NCBI GenBank assembly: GCA_965371515.1
Contig: CBDUYR010000014.1
Location: 1 to 55,885 of the forward strand
DNA from: an uncultured bacterium
GTDB taxonomy: Bacteria > Krumholzibacteriota > Krumholzibacteriia > Krumholzibacteriales > Krumholzibacteriaceae
DNA length: 55,885 bases
Direction of reading: 5' to 3'
Shown: in pieces, positions 1 to 8,543 of the stretch
Layout: each line of letters begins with the position of its first letter
Numbering within the stretch: position 1 is the first letter of the stretch
Translations under genes and position numbers: made by a program
Notes under the pieces: model-generated
What the model saw: the letters and a program-made list of their open reading frames with translations, nothing else
Told to the model about the DNA's origin: nothing
Database searches by the model: none

Positions 1-147
1 CGTCGTCCGAGTCCGTAACGGGCAGCGCTTCATCTGCTGCCGGCTCAGTCTTAGCCTCTTCCTTGGCCACGACCTCGACATCTTCAAGTTTGTCATCGTC
101 GTCCGAGTCCGTAACGGGCAGCGCTTCATCTGCTGCTGGCTCAGTCT
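1..147 (-). repeat. 96-bp-period in-frame tandem repeat in the S1 C-terminal tail
   Basis: Positions 1-51 match 97-147 with one mismatch (41 c / 137 t). The unit encodes TEPAADEALPVTDSDDDDKLEDVEVVAKEEAK. Confidence 0.9.
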
Positions 148-1945
148 CCGTCTCTTCGGGCTCGGGGGCCGCTTTGCGTGGGTGAGCTTCCCTGTATTCG
201 GCAATCTCTTCCGCCGGCCTGCCCTCGAAGAAGGCGTTTACGCTGAGGACTATGCGCTTGTTCTGCGGATCGACCTTGATGACCTTGAGAGGAAGATCCA
301 TACCGTTCTCGAAGAACTCGGCAGGCTGCTTCATGCCCTCTACACCGAGGTGCGAGAGGGGCACGAATCCCTCGACGTCGTCACGCAGCTCAACAACCGC
401 TCCCCTGTCGAGGAGGCGTGTGATGAGGCCGTTGGTCTCGGTACCGATGTTAAACTCGTTAGCGAGCTCGGTCCAGGGGTTCTCCCGCGTCTGCTTCATG
501 CCGAGGCTGATACGCCGTTTGTCGCTGTCGATCTCAAGGACAACTACTTCGACGTCGTCGCCCTTTTTGACCATCTCTGACGGGTGGCGGATCCTCTTGG
601 CCCATGACATGTCCGATATATGGACCAGTCCATCGATACCGTCTTCGATCTCGACGAAGGCTCCAAAATTGGTAAGGTTCCGGACCTTGCCCTTTAATCT
701 TGTACCGGGAGGGTACTTGCTTTCGAGCGCCTTCCACGGATCCGGCTCGAGCTGTTTGAGGCCGAGCGAGATCTTCTCGTGATCCTTGTCGACGTTCAGG
801 ACGACAGTCTCGACGGTGTCGCCTATGGCAACGACCTTCGAGGGATGCTTGACGTGTCTCGTCCATGACATCTCAGAGATGTGGATGAGGCCCTCGATGC
901 CCTTTTCCAGCTCGATGAATGCACCGTAGTCTGTAATTGAAACGACTTTGCCGCGCATCTTATCTCCGATGGGATAGCGATCTTCAACGCCTTCCCAGGG
1001 ATACGGAGTGAGCTGCTTGAGGCCAAGGGATATCCTCTCCCTCTCAGGATCGAAATCGAGGATCTTGATCTTGAGTTTGTCGCTTATCGCGACGACTTCC
1101 GAAGGATGGCTCACGCGGCCCCAGGTCAGGTCGGTGAGATGAAGAAGACCGTCGATGCCGCCGAGATCGACGAAGGCGCCGAAATCGGTGATGTTCTTGA
1201 CGATTCCTTCCCTTTCCTGCCCGACTTCGAGCTCGGCAAGAAGGGTCTTTTTCTTCTCTTCACGTTCCTCCTCGAGGACCACACGACGAGAGACGACGAT
1301 GTTGCGGCGCCTCTTGTTGAGCTTGATGATCTTGCAGTCGAGGCCCTCGCCGAGCATATCGTCGAGATTGGGAACCTGCCTGAGGGCGATCTGCGATCCG
1401 GGAAGGAATGCGTCAACGCCCATGAGCTTGACGACCAGCCCGCCCTTTATCCTTCTGTCGACGATAGCGCTGACAACGCGACCGCAGTCGTATGAATCCT
1501 TGATCTCATCCCAGGCCTTGAGGAAATCTGCCTTGATCTTCGAAAGTACGATCAGGCCGTCCTGGTTTTCCATCTTCTCGAGGAACACGTCGAACGCATC
1601 GCCGTACTTGACCTCGCTGCAGGTTGCGAATTCAGAGATGGGGATCGTGCCCTCGCTCTTGAATCCGACATCGAGGATGACCTCTTTCTCGTTGACGGAA
1701 TAGACCGTTCCCTTGACTATTTTGCCCTCTTTGAGCTCCTCGTTCTTGGTGGGCACGGCATCCATCATCGCGATCCAGTCTTCCTCTGTTGCATCCTTCC
1801 CCTCGAGCTCCTCGGAAGTCACTTCCTCGAAGATACTGAGATACGACAGGTTGTTCCTGCCCGCAGGGTTTTCACCCTCCTTTTCCATTTTTGTCCCGGG
1901 TGTCCCGGGGTCATGCTGTTTCGACTCGAATGTTTCTTCCTGCAT
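1..1945 (-). CDS. rpsA: 30S ribosomal protein S1, 3' end beyond the window, with an acidic repeat tail
   Basis: Manual translation from ATG 1945 (SD AGGGGAG at 1954-1960): MQEETFES...ELKEGKIVKGTVYSVNEKEVILDVGFKSEGTIP, followed by repeated S1 domains. Follows cmk-ispH. Absent from the ORF track because no stop codon lies in the window. Confidence 0.96.
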   Translation of the reverse strand, partial: MQEETFESKQHDPGTPGTKMEKEGENPAGRNNLSYLSIFEEVTSEELEGKDATEEDWIAMMDAVPTKNEELKEGKIVKGTVYSVNEKEVILDVGFKSEGTIPISEFATCSEVKYGDAFDVFLEKMENQDGLIVLSKIKADFLKAWDEIKDSYDCGRVVSAIVDRRIKGGLVVKLMGVDAFLPGSQIALRQVPNLDDMLGEGLDCKIIKLNKRRRNIVVSRRVVLEEEREEKKKTLLAELEVGQEREGIVKNITDFGAFVDLGGIDGLLHLTDLTWGRVSHPSEVVAISDKLKIKILDFDPERERISLGLKQLTPYPWEGVEDRYPIGDKMRGKVVSITDYGAFIELEKGIEGLIHISEMSWTRHVKHPSKVVAIGDTVETVVLNVDKDHEKISLGLKQLEPDPWKALESKYPPGTRLKGKVRNLTNFGAFVEIEDGIDGLVHISDMSWAKRIRHPSEMVKKGDDVEVVVLEIDSDKRRISLGMKQTRENPWTELANEFNIGTETNGLITRLLDRGAVVELRDDVEGFVPLSHLGVEGMKQPAEFFENGMDLPLKVIKVDPQNKRIVLSVNAFFEGRPAEEIAEYREAHPRKAAPEPEETETEPAADEALPVTDSDDDDKLEDVEVVAKEEAKTEPAADEALPVTDSDD

Positions 1946-1982
1946 TAAGCTATCTCCCCTTTCATAATGGATTTATTGAGGT

Positions 1983-2011
1983 ATGATATGCGGTTTCTGG
2001 ACCGTTCGCAA
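1983..2011 (-). promoter_or_regulatory. Putative sigma70 promoter of rpsA
   Basis: TTGCGA-17 bp-TATCAT. Confidence 0.6.
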
Positions 2012-2040
2012 GTGAATTTTCGAGGAGTCTGGGAGCCCTC

Positions 2041-2889
2041 TCAGCAGTCGGATATATCCTGGAGGCGGGCGAGAACCTCCTCGATCACCCAGTCGGGCGT
2101 GGATGTCCCGGTGGTGAGGCCTATCCTGTCCCCGTTTTTGAACCAGGAAGGGTCGATATCGTCGGCTGTTTCTATGAATCTGGCCGTGAGCCCCTCGTCT
2201 ACGCACATCTGATAGAGCCTTTTAGTGTTGGAGCTTCCCTTTCCTCCGACTACGAGCACCATGTCAACGTTGCTGGCAAGCTCGAGCGTCGCTTCCCGCC
2301 TGAGGACAGTAGCCTGGCATATCGTATCGTGGACCCTGAGGTCCCCGATACTCTTCTCGAGCTCGTATATGATCTTCATTGCCTTCTCATGCGAGAAGGT
2401 CGTCTGGATCACGACACCGGCCCTTTCTATCACGCCTACCGATTCAGCCTCTTCAGGGGTAGATATGATTACGTGATCGGAGCCAGCCTGTCCGGAGATG
2501 GCACGGACTTCCGGATGGCTGATGTCTCCTATTATGATGACTATTCTTCCCTCATCGGCCATCTGACGTACGTATTCCTGACTTTTCTGAACGAAAGGAC
2601 AGGTTGTGTCGATGAGGTTGATACCCCTGTTACGGGCCTCTTCGATCAGACTCGGCATTACGCCGTGAGCCCTTACGATCAGTGTATCTCCCTCAGAGAG
2701 CTCATCCATCGTGGCGACCGCGATTACGCCTCTCGATTTGAGGTCTTCTACTGCCTGCGGATTGTGGATGACGTCCCCGATCGAGTATATGGTCTTCCCT
2801 CCGTCGCCGAGTCCCTCCTCGATGAGGCTCATAGCCCTCTTCACGCCGAAGCAGAAACCTGTGATAGGCGACATGATCACTTCAAGCAT
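2041..2889 (-). CDS. ispH: 4-hydroxy-3-methylbut-2-enyl diphosphate reductase
   Basis: Fe-S cysteines in GFCFGV, TTCPFV and TICQAT; IHN and SSNT motifs. Confidence 0.96.
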   Translation of the reverse strand: MLEVIMSPITGFCFGVKRAMSLIEEGLGDGGKTIYSIGDVIHNPQAVEDLKSRGVIAVATMDELSEGDTLIVRAHGVMPSLIEEARNRGINLIDTTCPFVQKSQEYVRQMADEGRIVIIIGDISHPEVRAISGQAGSDHVIISTPEEAESVGVIERAGVVIQTTFSHEKAMKIIYELEKSIGDLRVHDTICQATVLRREATLELASNVDMVLVVGGKGSSNTKRLYQMCVDEGLTARFIETADDIDPSWFKNGDRIGLTTGTSTPDWVIEEVLARLQDISDC

Positions 2890-4249
2890 TTGCTTCGTCC
2901 TCGAGCATCTTCATCGCCTCATATATCATCGATGAAAGTACCGCGTAATCCTTCTTCCTGTCGTCCGATTTATATTCTTCCGGAATGCGAATCGCCCTCC
3001 CTATACGTACCTCGAGGCGACGCTTTCTCAGGAAACAGTCCTTCAGCGCATCCGATCCGGATATGTAGGCCGGGATTATACTTTTCCCCGACCTGTAGGC
3101 GATCATACCGATACCCGGCTTGAATTTCTTGAGCTTTCCTGTCTTTGATCTCGTGCCCTCGGGAAACATCAGGATCGAATCCCCCAACTCGATCGCCCTG
3201 TCTATTGCCTTGATAGTCGACCTGTCAAATCCCTTCCTGTCGATCGGTATCGCGTTGACTTTTCTGATGAGCCATCCAAACAATCTGTTCTGGAAGAGTT
3301 CCTTCTTTGCGACTATCCAGAGCTCTCTCTCGAATGTAGAACCGACAAACGGCGGATCGTACCAGGAGATATGATTAGATGCAAAAAAGAAACTCTCTGC
3401 GAACCGAAGGTTTTCCGAACCGTGGATCCTGATGCCGAACAGAAACCATTCGAAGAATCTGATCGTATCCCGGGCGATGGTGAAGAGGAAGGTGCGGCCT
3501 CTACTGACAGGATTCTTTTTTCCCCTCGGTACGTAAAGGGTACCCAGCCTGAAAGCCTCTTTCCTGACGATCTCTTCGATGATCGCCACCTGTTCCTCGA
3601 TTGTGATACTGGACGTATCGACGATAAATGCGCCGACAGGCCGAACAAGCGGACTGTACTCACGGCCCGAGTCGATATCGTCTCTTCTGGCGAGATTGTT
3701 ACGGATCTCATCGCTTGTCTGTGTGATGCCTATCTGTCTGAGCTGTTTCACGCGGCGATGCGTCCTTGATTCCATGTCGGCTACGAGAAAGATCTTAACG
3801 TGGGCGAATGGAAAGACCGTGCTGCCGGTATCGCGTCCCTCGGCGACGATGCCTCCCCTGTTCCCTATCTTTCTCTGGAATCGGACCATCGCCCGGCGGA
3901 CCCCCGGGTGCCTGCTTACCGGAGAGACTGCCTCCGATACCTCCGGGCCTCGTATTTCGCCCCCTGCGGGTACGCCGTCGATGATGAGGGCCGGAGCACC
4001 GTTCCTGATATCGATCTCAAGGGATGTCTCCTCGGCGATCTTTGTTACCGCCTCCCTGTCTTCAGGATCGATACCTGACTGCAGCACCTTCCAGGTCACG
4101 GCCCTGTACATAGCTCCGGTATCGAGATAGGTCAGGTCGAGGCGTTTGGACAGGGTCTGCGCCGTCGTGCTCTTGCCCGAACCGGCGGGACCATCAACCG
4201 TGACGATCATGTCCCGAAGGAAATTCAAGGAGATGTCATTATCGATCAT
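2882..4249 (-). CDS. cmk: Cytidylate kinase / 1-acyl-sn-glycerol-3-phosphate acyltransferase fusion
   Basis: N-half has DGPAGSGKST, YLDTGAMYR and EGRD; C-half has NHISWYD and FPEGTRS. Start moved to ATG 4249 to avoid overlapping hisC. Confidence 0.92.
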   Translation of the reverse strand: MIDNDISLNFLRDMIVTVDGPAGSGKSTTAQTLSKRLDLTYLDTGAMYRAVTWKVLQSGIDPEDREAVTKIAEETSLEIDIRNGAPALIIDGVPAGGEIRGPEVSEAVSPVSRHPGVRRAMVRFQRKIGNRGGIVAEGRDTGSTVFPFAHVKIFLVADMESRTHRRVKQLRQIGITQTSDEIRNNLARRDDIDSGREYSPLVRPVGAFIVDTSSITIEEQVAIIEEIVRKEAFRLGTLYVPRGKKNPVSRGRTFLFTIARDTIRFFEWFLFGIRIHGSENLRFAESFFFASNHISWYDPPFVGSTFERELWIVAKKELFQNRLFGWLIRKVNAIPIDRKGFDRSTIKAIDRAIELGDSILMFPEGTRSKTGKLKKFKPGIGMIAYRSGKSIIPAYISGSDALKDCFLRKRRLEVRIGRAIRIPEEYKSDDRKKDYAVLSSMIYEAMKMLEDEANA

Positions 4250-4263
4250 GGGCGGCACTTTCT

Positions 4264-5367
4264 CTATCGGGACAGGACTTCCCGGAGTCCCTTGAGGAAC
4301 CTGTCGTTCTCGGCGGGAGTACCGATCGAGACACGGAAGGCTTCCTCGCCGAGCCCCCATGGAGCAGCGCTCCTCACTATGATCCCGAGGTCCATCAAAC
4401 TGTCCACTATTTTACTGTCAGGTCCCTCGGGCACTGCTAGAAGGAAATTTGTCTGGGAATCGGGTACGGTGAACCCCAGTTCCAGCAGCTCAGCCGCTAT
4501 CCTCGATCTCTCGCTGTTGTTCTCCTCTATCCTGGTGCCGAGATCGTCGGTGTGCCTCAGAGCGGCCCTTGCCGCCGCCTGCGCCAGCCGGTTGACGTTG
4601 AACGGCTGCCTCACCATATGCAGGATCGTAACGAGCTCCGCGTCCGCCATCGCGTAACCCACCCTGACTCCCGACAGCGAATGGACCTTCGAGAATGTCC
4701 TGAGTATCACGATGTTCCTGAACCTGTCGAGGAGCTTCCTCGAATCCGGATAATCTTTCGCCGTGACGTACTCGTAATACGCCTCGTCGAAAACTACTAT
4801 GACATCTTTCCTGATCGTCTCGAGGAACATTACCACATCGCCCTCGGGCACGTACGTTCCCGTGGGGTTGTTGGGATTGCAGACGAAGACCATCTTGGTC
4901 TTCTGGTTCACGGCGCTTCTCATCGCCTCGAGGTCCAGTGTGTAATTCGATAGAGGAACCTTTATCTCCCCCACACCCGCCTGATGGATGATCAGCGGAT
5001 ATGCTATGAAACTGGGATAGGGGTACATGACGTTTTCGTCAGGTCTTACAAATGCTCTCACGAGAAGCTCGATGATCTCGTTCGAACCATTACCAACGAA
5101 TATCTGGCCCTGATCGAGACCCTGTTTTTCGGAGAGCTCGTGAGAGAGATAATGGCTGCCTGAGTTTGGGTACCGGTTGATGAGGTCAAGTTCCTCGATG
5201 ATCGAGCGTTTTATCTCCTCGAGAGGCTGATGCGGGTTCTCGTTTGATGCGAGCTTGATGATCTCGCCTTCAATGTTGCGTTCCCTGCGCAGCTCCTCGA
5301 CAGGTTTGCCCGGCACGTACGGCTTGACATTCTTTAGATGGGGCTGCATCAGTTTCTTGAAATCCAT
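4264..5367 (-). CDS. hisC: Histidinol-phosphate / aromatic aminotransferase
   Basis: KLASNENP, GNGSNE, NPNNPTG, DEAY, RTFSK (PLP lysine). Confidence 0.93.
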   Translation of the reverse strand: MDFKKLMQPHLKNVKPYVPGKPVEELRRERNIEGEIIKLASNENPHQPLEEIKRSIIEELDLINRYPNSGSHYLSHELSEKQGLDQGQIFVGNGSNEIIELLVRAFVRPDENVMYPYPSFIAYPLIIHQAGVGEIKVPLSNYTLDLEAMRSAVNQKTKMVFVCNPNNPTGTYVPEGDVVMFLETIRKDVIVVFDEAYYEYVTAKDYPDSRKLLDRFRNIVILRTFSKVHSLSGVRVGYAMADAELVTILHMVRQPFNVNRLAQAAARAALRHTDDLGTRIEENNSERSRIAAELLELGFTVPDSQTNFLLAVPEGPDSKIVDSLMDLGIIVRSAAPWGLGEEAFRVSIGTPAENDRFLKGLREVLSR

Positions 5368-5380
5368 CCGGTTTTCTCCT

Positions 5381-6118
5381 TCATAAGAGGCCTGTCATCT
5401 CCCTGAGCCTGAATTCCTCTTCCTTGGTCAGGGGGCGGATGTCGCCCGGTTCGATGTCGCTGAACTCGAGGTCGCCTAGTGCGGTCCTCCTCAGCTCAAG
5501 CACCCTGTGTCCCGCTTCGGCGAACATCCTTCTTATCTGCCTTTTCTTTCCCTCTTTCAATATGATCTCAAGCTTCGATCTGTTTTCTGATCTCTCGATC
5601 ACCTTCACGGGACAGGGCATCGTGACGTAATCTCCGAGGTCGACTCCGGCTCCAATCGCTTCTACCGTCCTGTCCTCTATCAGGCCTTCGACGGTAACTA
5701 CATATTTCTTCTCTATTTTATACCGTGGATGCGTTAGTCTGTAAGCAAGATCGCCATCGTTTGTCAGCAGAAGCAGGCCGGTCGTGTTCATGTCCAGGCG
5801 TCCCACCGGGAATAGCCTTTCCCCGTATCCCATCTCCCTGATCATGTCTATGACGGTTCTTCTGCCGCGATCATCCTGCACCGTGCTGAGAACCCCGAAA
5901 GGCTTGTTGATTACGAGGAGCATCTTCCCCGAACAATACTCGATGATTTTACCGTCGATACTTACCAGGTCTGAATCCGTGTCGATGAAGCTGGCAAGTT
6001 CCGAGATTGTCTCACCATTTACCTGAACTCTTCCCTCACTGATAAGATCCTCGCAGTTCCTTCTCGATCCGATTCCCGCCGAAGCAAGGAACCGGTTGAT
6101 CCTCATCTTCGGGCTCAT
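5381..6118 (-). CDS. rluB: RsuA/RluB-family rRNA pseudouridine synthase
   Basis: S4 domain, catalytic GRLD motif, EGKKRQIRRM; downstream of scpB. Confidence 0.85.
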   Translation of the reverse strand: MSPKMRINRFLASAGIGSRRNCEDLISEGRVQVNGETISELASFIDTDSDLVSIDGKIIEYCSGKMLLVINKPFGVLSTVQDDRGRRTVIDMIREMGYGERLFPVGRLDMNTTGLLLLTNDGDLAYRLTHPRYKIEKKYVVTVEGLIEDRTVEAIGAGVDLGDYVTMPCPVKVIERSENRSKLEIILKEGKKRQIRRMFAEAGHRVLELRRTALGDLEFSDIEPGDIRPLTKEEEFRLREMTGLL

Positions 6119-6771
6119 CAGCTCCCGTCGTCTTCTCCGGTGTTGCCGGTATCGAGTCCTTCTCCGGGTGCCGGGTCCCCGCCGGCCTCTACGGAAAGGT
6201 CCGCAGGCGGTATGAGATCGATTGTCTCGAGGCTTTTCTCGAGTTCTTCAATGTCAGGAATGTCCCTGATGTCCTTGAGGCCGAGGTACTCAAGGAATCT
6301 CGATGTGGTCGAATAGAGGAACGGCCTGCCGAGACCTTCGCCCCTTCCGCAGATCGCAATGAGTTCCCTCTCCGTAAGCGTGGCAAGAACACCGTCGCAA
6401 TTCACTCCCCTGATGGCCTCCACTGAGGTCCTGCTGATAGGCTGCTTGTAGGCGACGATCGCGAGAGTCTCAAGCCCCGCCTGCGAGAGTTTCGCCTTTC
6501 TCCTGCTCTTGAACAGAAGAGAGATCTTCGAAGCATATTCCGGCATTGTGGTTATCTGGTATCCCCCTGCGACCTCGGCGATTCCGAAGCTTCGACCGTA
6601 TGAACGGTAGAACTCCTCAAGTTTCCCAAGGGCTTCCTTTATTGTTTTCGAAGAGGATTCACCGGTGATCGAAGAAAGCCTTCCAACGCTCAGAGGCGTA
6701 TCGGAGGCGAAGAGCAGCGCTTCTATATCTCCGGCAAGCCTGCCGGTCTCAACTCTGTTCTCTGACTCCAT
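6118..6771 (-). CDS. scpB: SMC-Scp complex subunit ScpB
   Basis: EALLFAS, LETLAIVAYKQP, IRGV, GRP motifs. Confidence 0.95.
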   Translation of the reverse strand: MESENRVETGRLAGDIEALLFASDTPLSVGRLSSITGESSSKTIKEALGKLEEFYRSYGRSFGIAEVAGGYQITTMPEYASKISLLFKSRRKAKLSQAGLETLAIVAYKQPISRTSVEAIRGVNCDGVLATLTERELIAICGRGEGLGRPFLYSTTSRFLEYLGLKDIRDIPDIEELEKSLETIDLIPPADLSVEAGGDPAPGEGLDTGNTGEDDGS

Positions 6772-7504
6772 CGGGTATCTCCTTCAGCCCTTCCTTCGGC
6801 GCGCCGCCCGACCTGTATAGCCAGACATCCCCGCTTGATTTCATCTGTCTCGCGGAGAGTTCGCCGAGCCTTACCAGCTCGAGGATGGCGAGGAAGGTGA
6901 CTATGATCTCCAACCGGTCCGTGTCGCCTGTGAAAAGCTCAGAGAAGAGGACTTCCGCGCGGGCAGCGACCCTGTCGCGGACAAGATCTATTTTCTCTTC
7001 TACAGTGTGCGATTCTTTCTCGATCCTGTAGCTGATTTGCTTTCTCAGGTCCTCCATGACCTTTTTGAATGCATCGACAAGGTCGAATATGGAGACCTCC
7101 ATAAGCGACGTGTCCTGTTCTCCTTCCGGCGGCCTGGTGGCCGGCCTGGTGAACACCTTTCTCCTGTCGCTCTCCCTGTCGGCAAAATGGTTGGCCGCTT
7201 CCTTGAACTTGCGGTACTCGAGCAGGTTCCTTACAAGCTCTTCCCTCGGGTCCTCCTCGTCCTCCTCATCCGGCCTTCTCGGAAGGAGCATCTGCACCTT
7301 GATCCTCATCAGGGTGGCCGCCATTACGAAGAACTGTCCCGCTACCTCGAGCTTAAGCTCCTGCATTATCTCGATGTACGAGAGGTATTCCTTGGTTATA
7401 TGGGAGATCGGTATGTCGTAGATATTGATCTTGTCCCTGCGGATGAGATGCATGAGCAGGTCGAGGGGGCCCTCGAATTGTGTCAGGCGAACATGGTAGC
7501 TCAT
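6749..7504 (-). CDS. scpA: Segregation/condensation protein ScpA
   Basis: FEGPLDLL and TFLAILEL motifs. Confidence 0.95.
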   Translation of the reverse strand: MSYHVRLTQFEGPLDLLMHLIRRDKINIYDIPISHITKEYLSYIEIMQELKLEVAGQFFVMAATLMRIKVQMLLPRRPDEEDEEDPREELVRNLLEYRKFKEAANHFADRESDRRKVFTRPATRPPEGEQDTSLMEVSIFDLVDAFKKVMEDLRKQISYRIEKESHTVEEKIDLVRDRVAARAEVLFSELFTGDTDRLEIIVTFLAILELVRLGELSARQMKSSGDVWLYRSGGAPKEGLKEIPDGVREQS

Positions 7505-7574
7505 AAAAGGTCAGTTCCTCTGCTCTTGCGGAGAGATCTCCCAGAGAATATCCCGGCGTTGTCAATCAACCGGA

Positions 7575-7603
7575 ATGCTAAGTGATACACAGGCTTGTGT
7601 CAA
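7575..7603 (-). promoter_or_regulatory. Putative sigma70 promoter of the scpA operon
   Basis: TTGACA-17 bp-TAGCAT. Confidence 0.65.
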
Positions 7604-7625
7604 CAAGATGTTTGTATTGCAACGG

Positions 7626-8543
7626 TCATCCTCGCGGATGGAATGTTCTGTGGACCTCGAGGAGGTAATCGACGTCGAGACGTGTATATATCTGGGTAGT
7701 CGCTATGCTCGAATGACCGAGCAGCTCCTGGACTGCCCTCAGGTCCGCTCCTCCCTCGACCAGGTGGGTGGCGAAGGAATGGCGGAGCGTATGGGGGGTC
7801 ACGTCGGCGGGGAGTCCCGCCATCGCCGCGTATTTCTTTAGTATCTTCCAGAAACTGACCCTCGAGAGACGCCCTCCCCGGTAGTTGAGGAATACGAATG
7901 GTGAAGGAGCATCGGACAGGAAATCCGGCCTCGATTCTGCGATATACCTTTCGAATGATCTCACGGCTGCCGATCCGACGGGCACGATCCTTTCCTTGTT
8001 ACCCTTCCCCCTGATCCGAACAAGCCTCGAGTCGAGATCGAGCGATTCGAAACGCAGGCCGCAGAGCTCGGATACCCTCATGCCGGTGGAATAGACAAGC
8101 TCGAGCATCGCACTGTCCCGGAGCCCCTTCTTCGAATCATCGGGCTGGTCGAGAAGCCTTGCCGTCTCTTCCTGGGAAAGGACGAACGGCACACGCCTTC
8201 TTATCTTCGGTGTGGATATCGATGTTATATCGAGATCGCGCAGTTCTCCCTCCCGGTAAAGATACCTGTGAAATCCCTTCACTGCGCTGAGGAGCCTCGA
8301 CCTGGAGGCCCGGCTCTTGCTCTTTTCGATCCCGGCGGCGAAACGCAGGCTCGATTCGAGATCGATGACCTCGGGCGAATCGATGCCGGCACCGGCAAGC
8401 CAGGCGAAATATTCGCGCAGATCGCTCCTGTAGGCGTCTATCGTCAACGGGCTGAGGCCCTTCTCGACGGCGAGATGATCGATGTACGCCTCTCCAAGAG
8501 TCTCGAACAGGCCGGAGCCTTCATTTCCTGTGGATGTGCTCAT
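7626..8543 (-). CDS. xerD: Tyrosine recombinase XerD
   Basis: GMRVSE, KGNKER, HTLRHSFATHL, LGH, TTQIYT, C-terminal FHPR. Start placed at ATG 8543. Confidence 0.88.
   Translation of the reverse strand: MSTSTGNEGSGLFETLGEAYIDHLAVEKGLSPLTIDAYRSDLREYFAWLAGAGIDSPEVIDLESSLRFAAGIEKSKSRASRSRLLSAVKGFHRYLYREGELRDLDITSISTPKIRRRVPFVLSQEETARLLDQPDDSKKGLRDSAMLELVYSTGMRVSELCGLRFESLDLDSRLVRIRGKGNKERIVPVGSAAVRSFERYIAESRPDFLSDAPSPFVFLNYRGGRLSRVSFWKILKKYAAMAGLPADVTPHTLRHSFATHLVEGGADLRAVQELLGHSSIATTQIYTRLDVDYLLEVHRTFHPRG

Noticed and set aside
1..147. Direct repeat as a CRISPR array
   Set aside because: It has an in-frame 96-bp period inside rpsA, only two copies are visible, and there are no cas genes.
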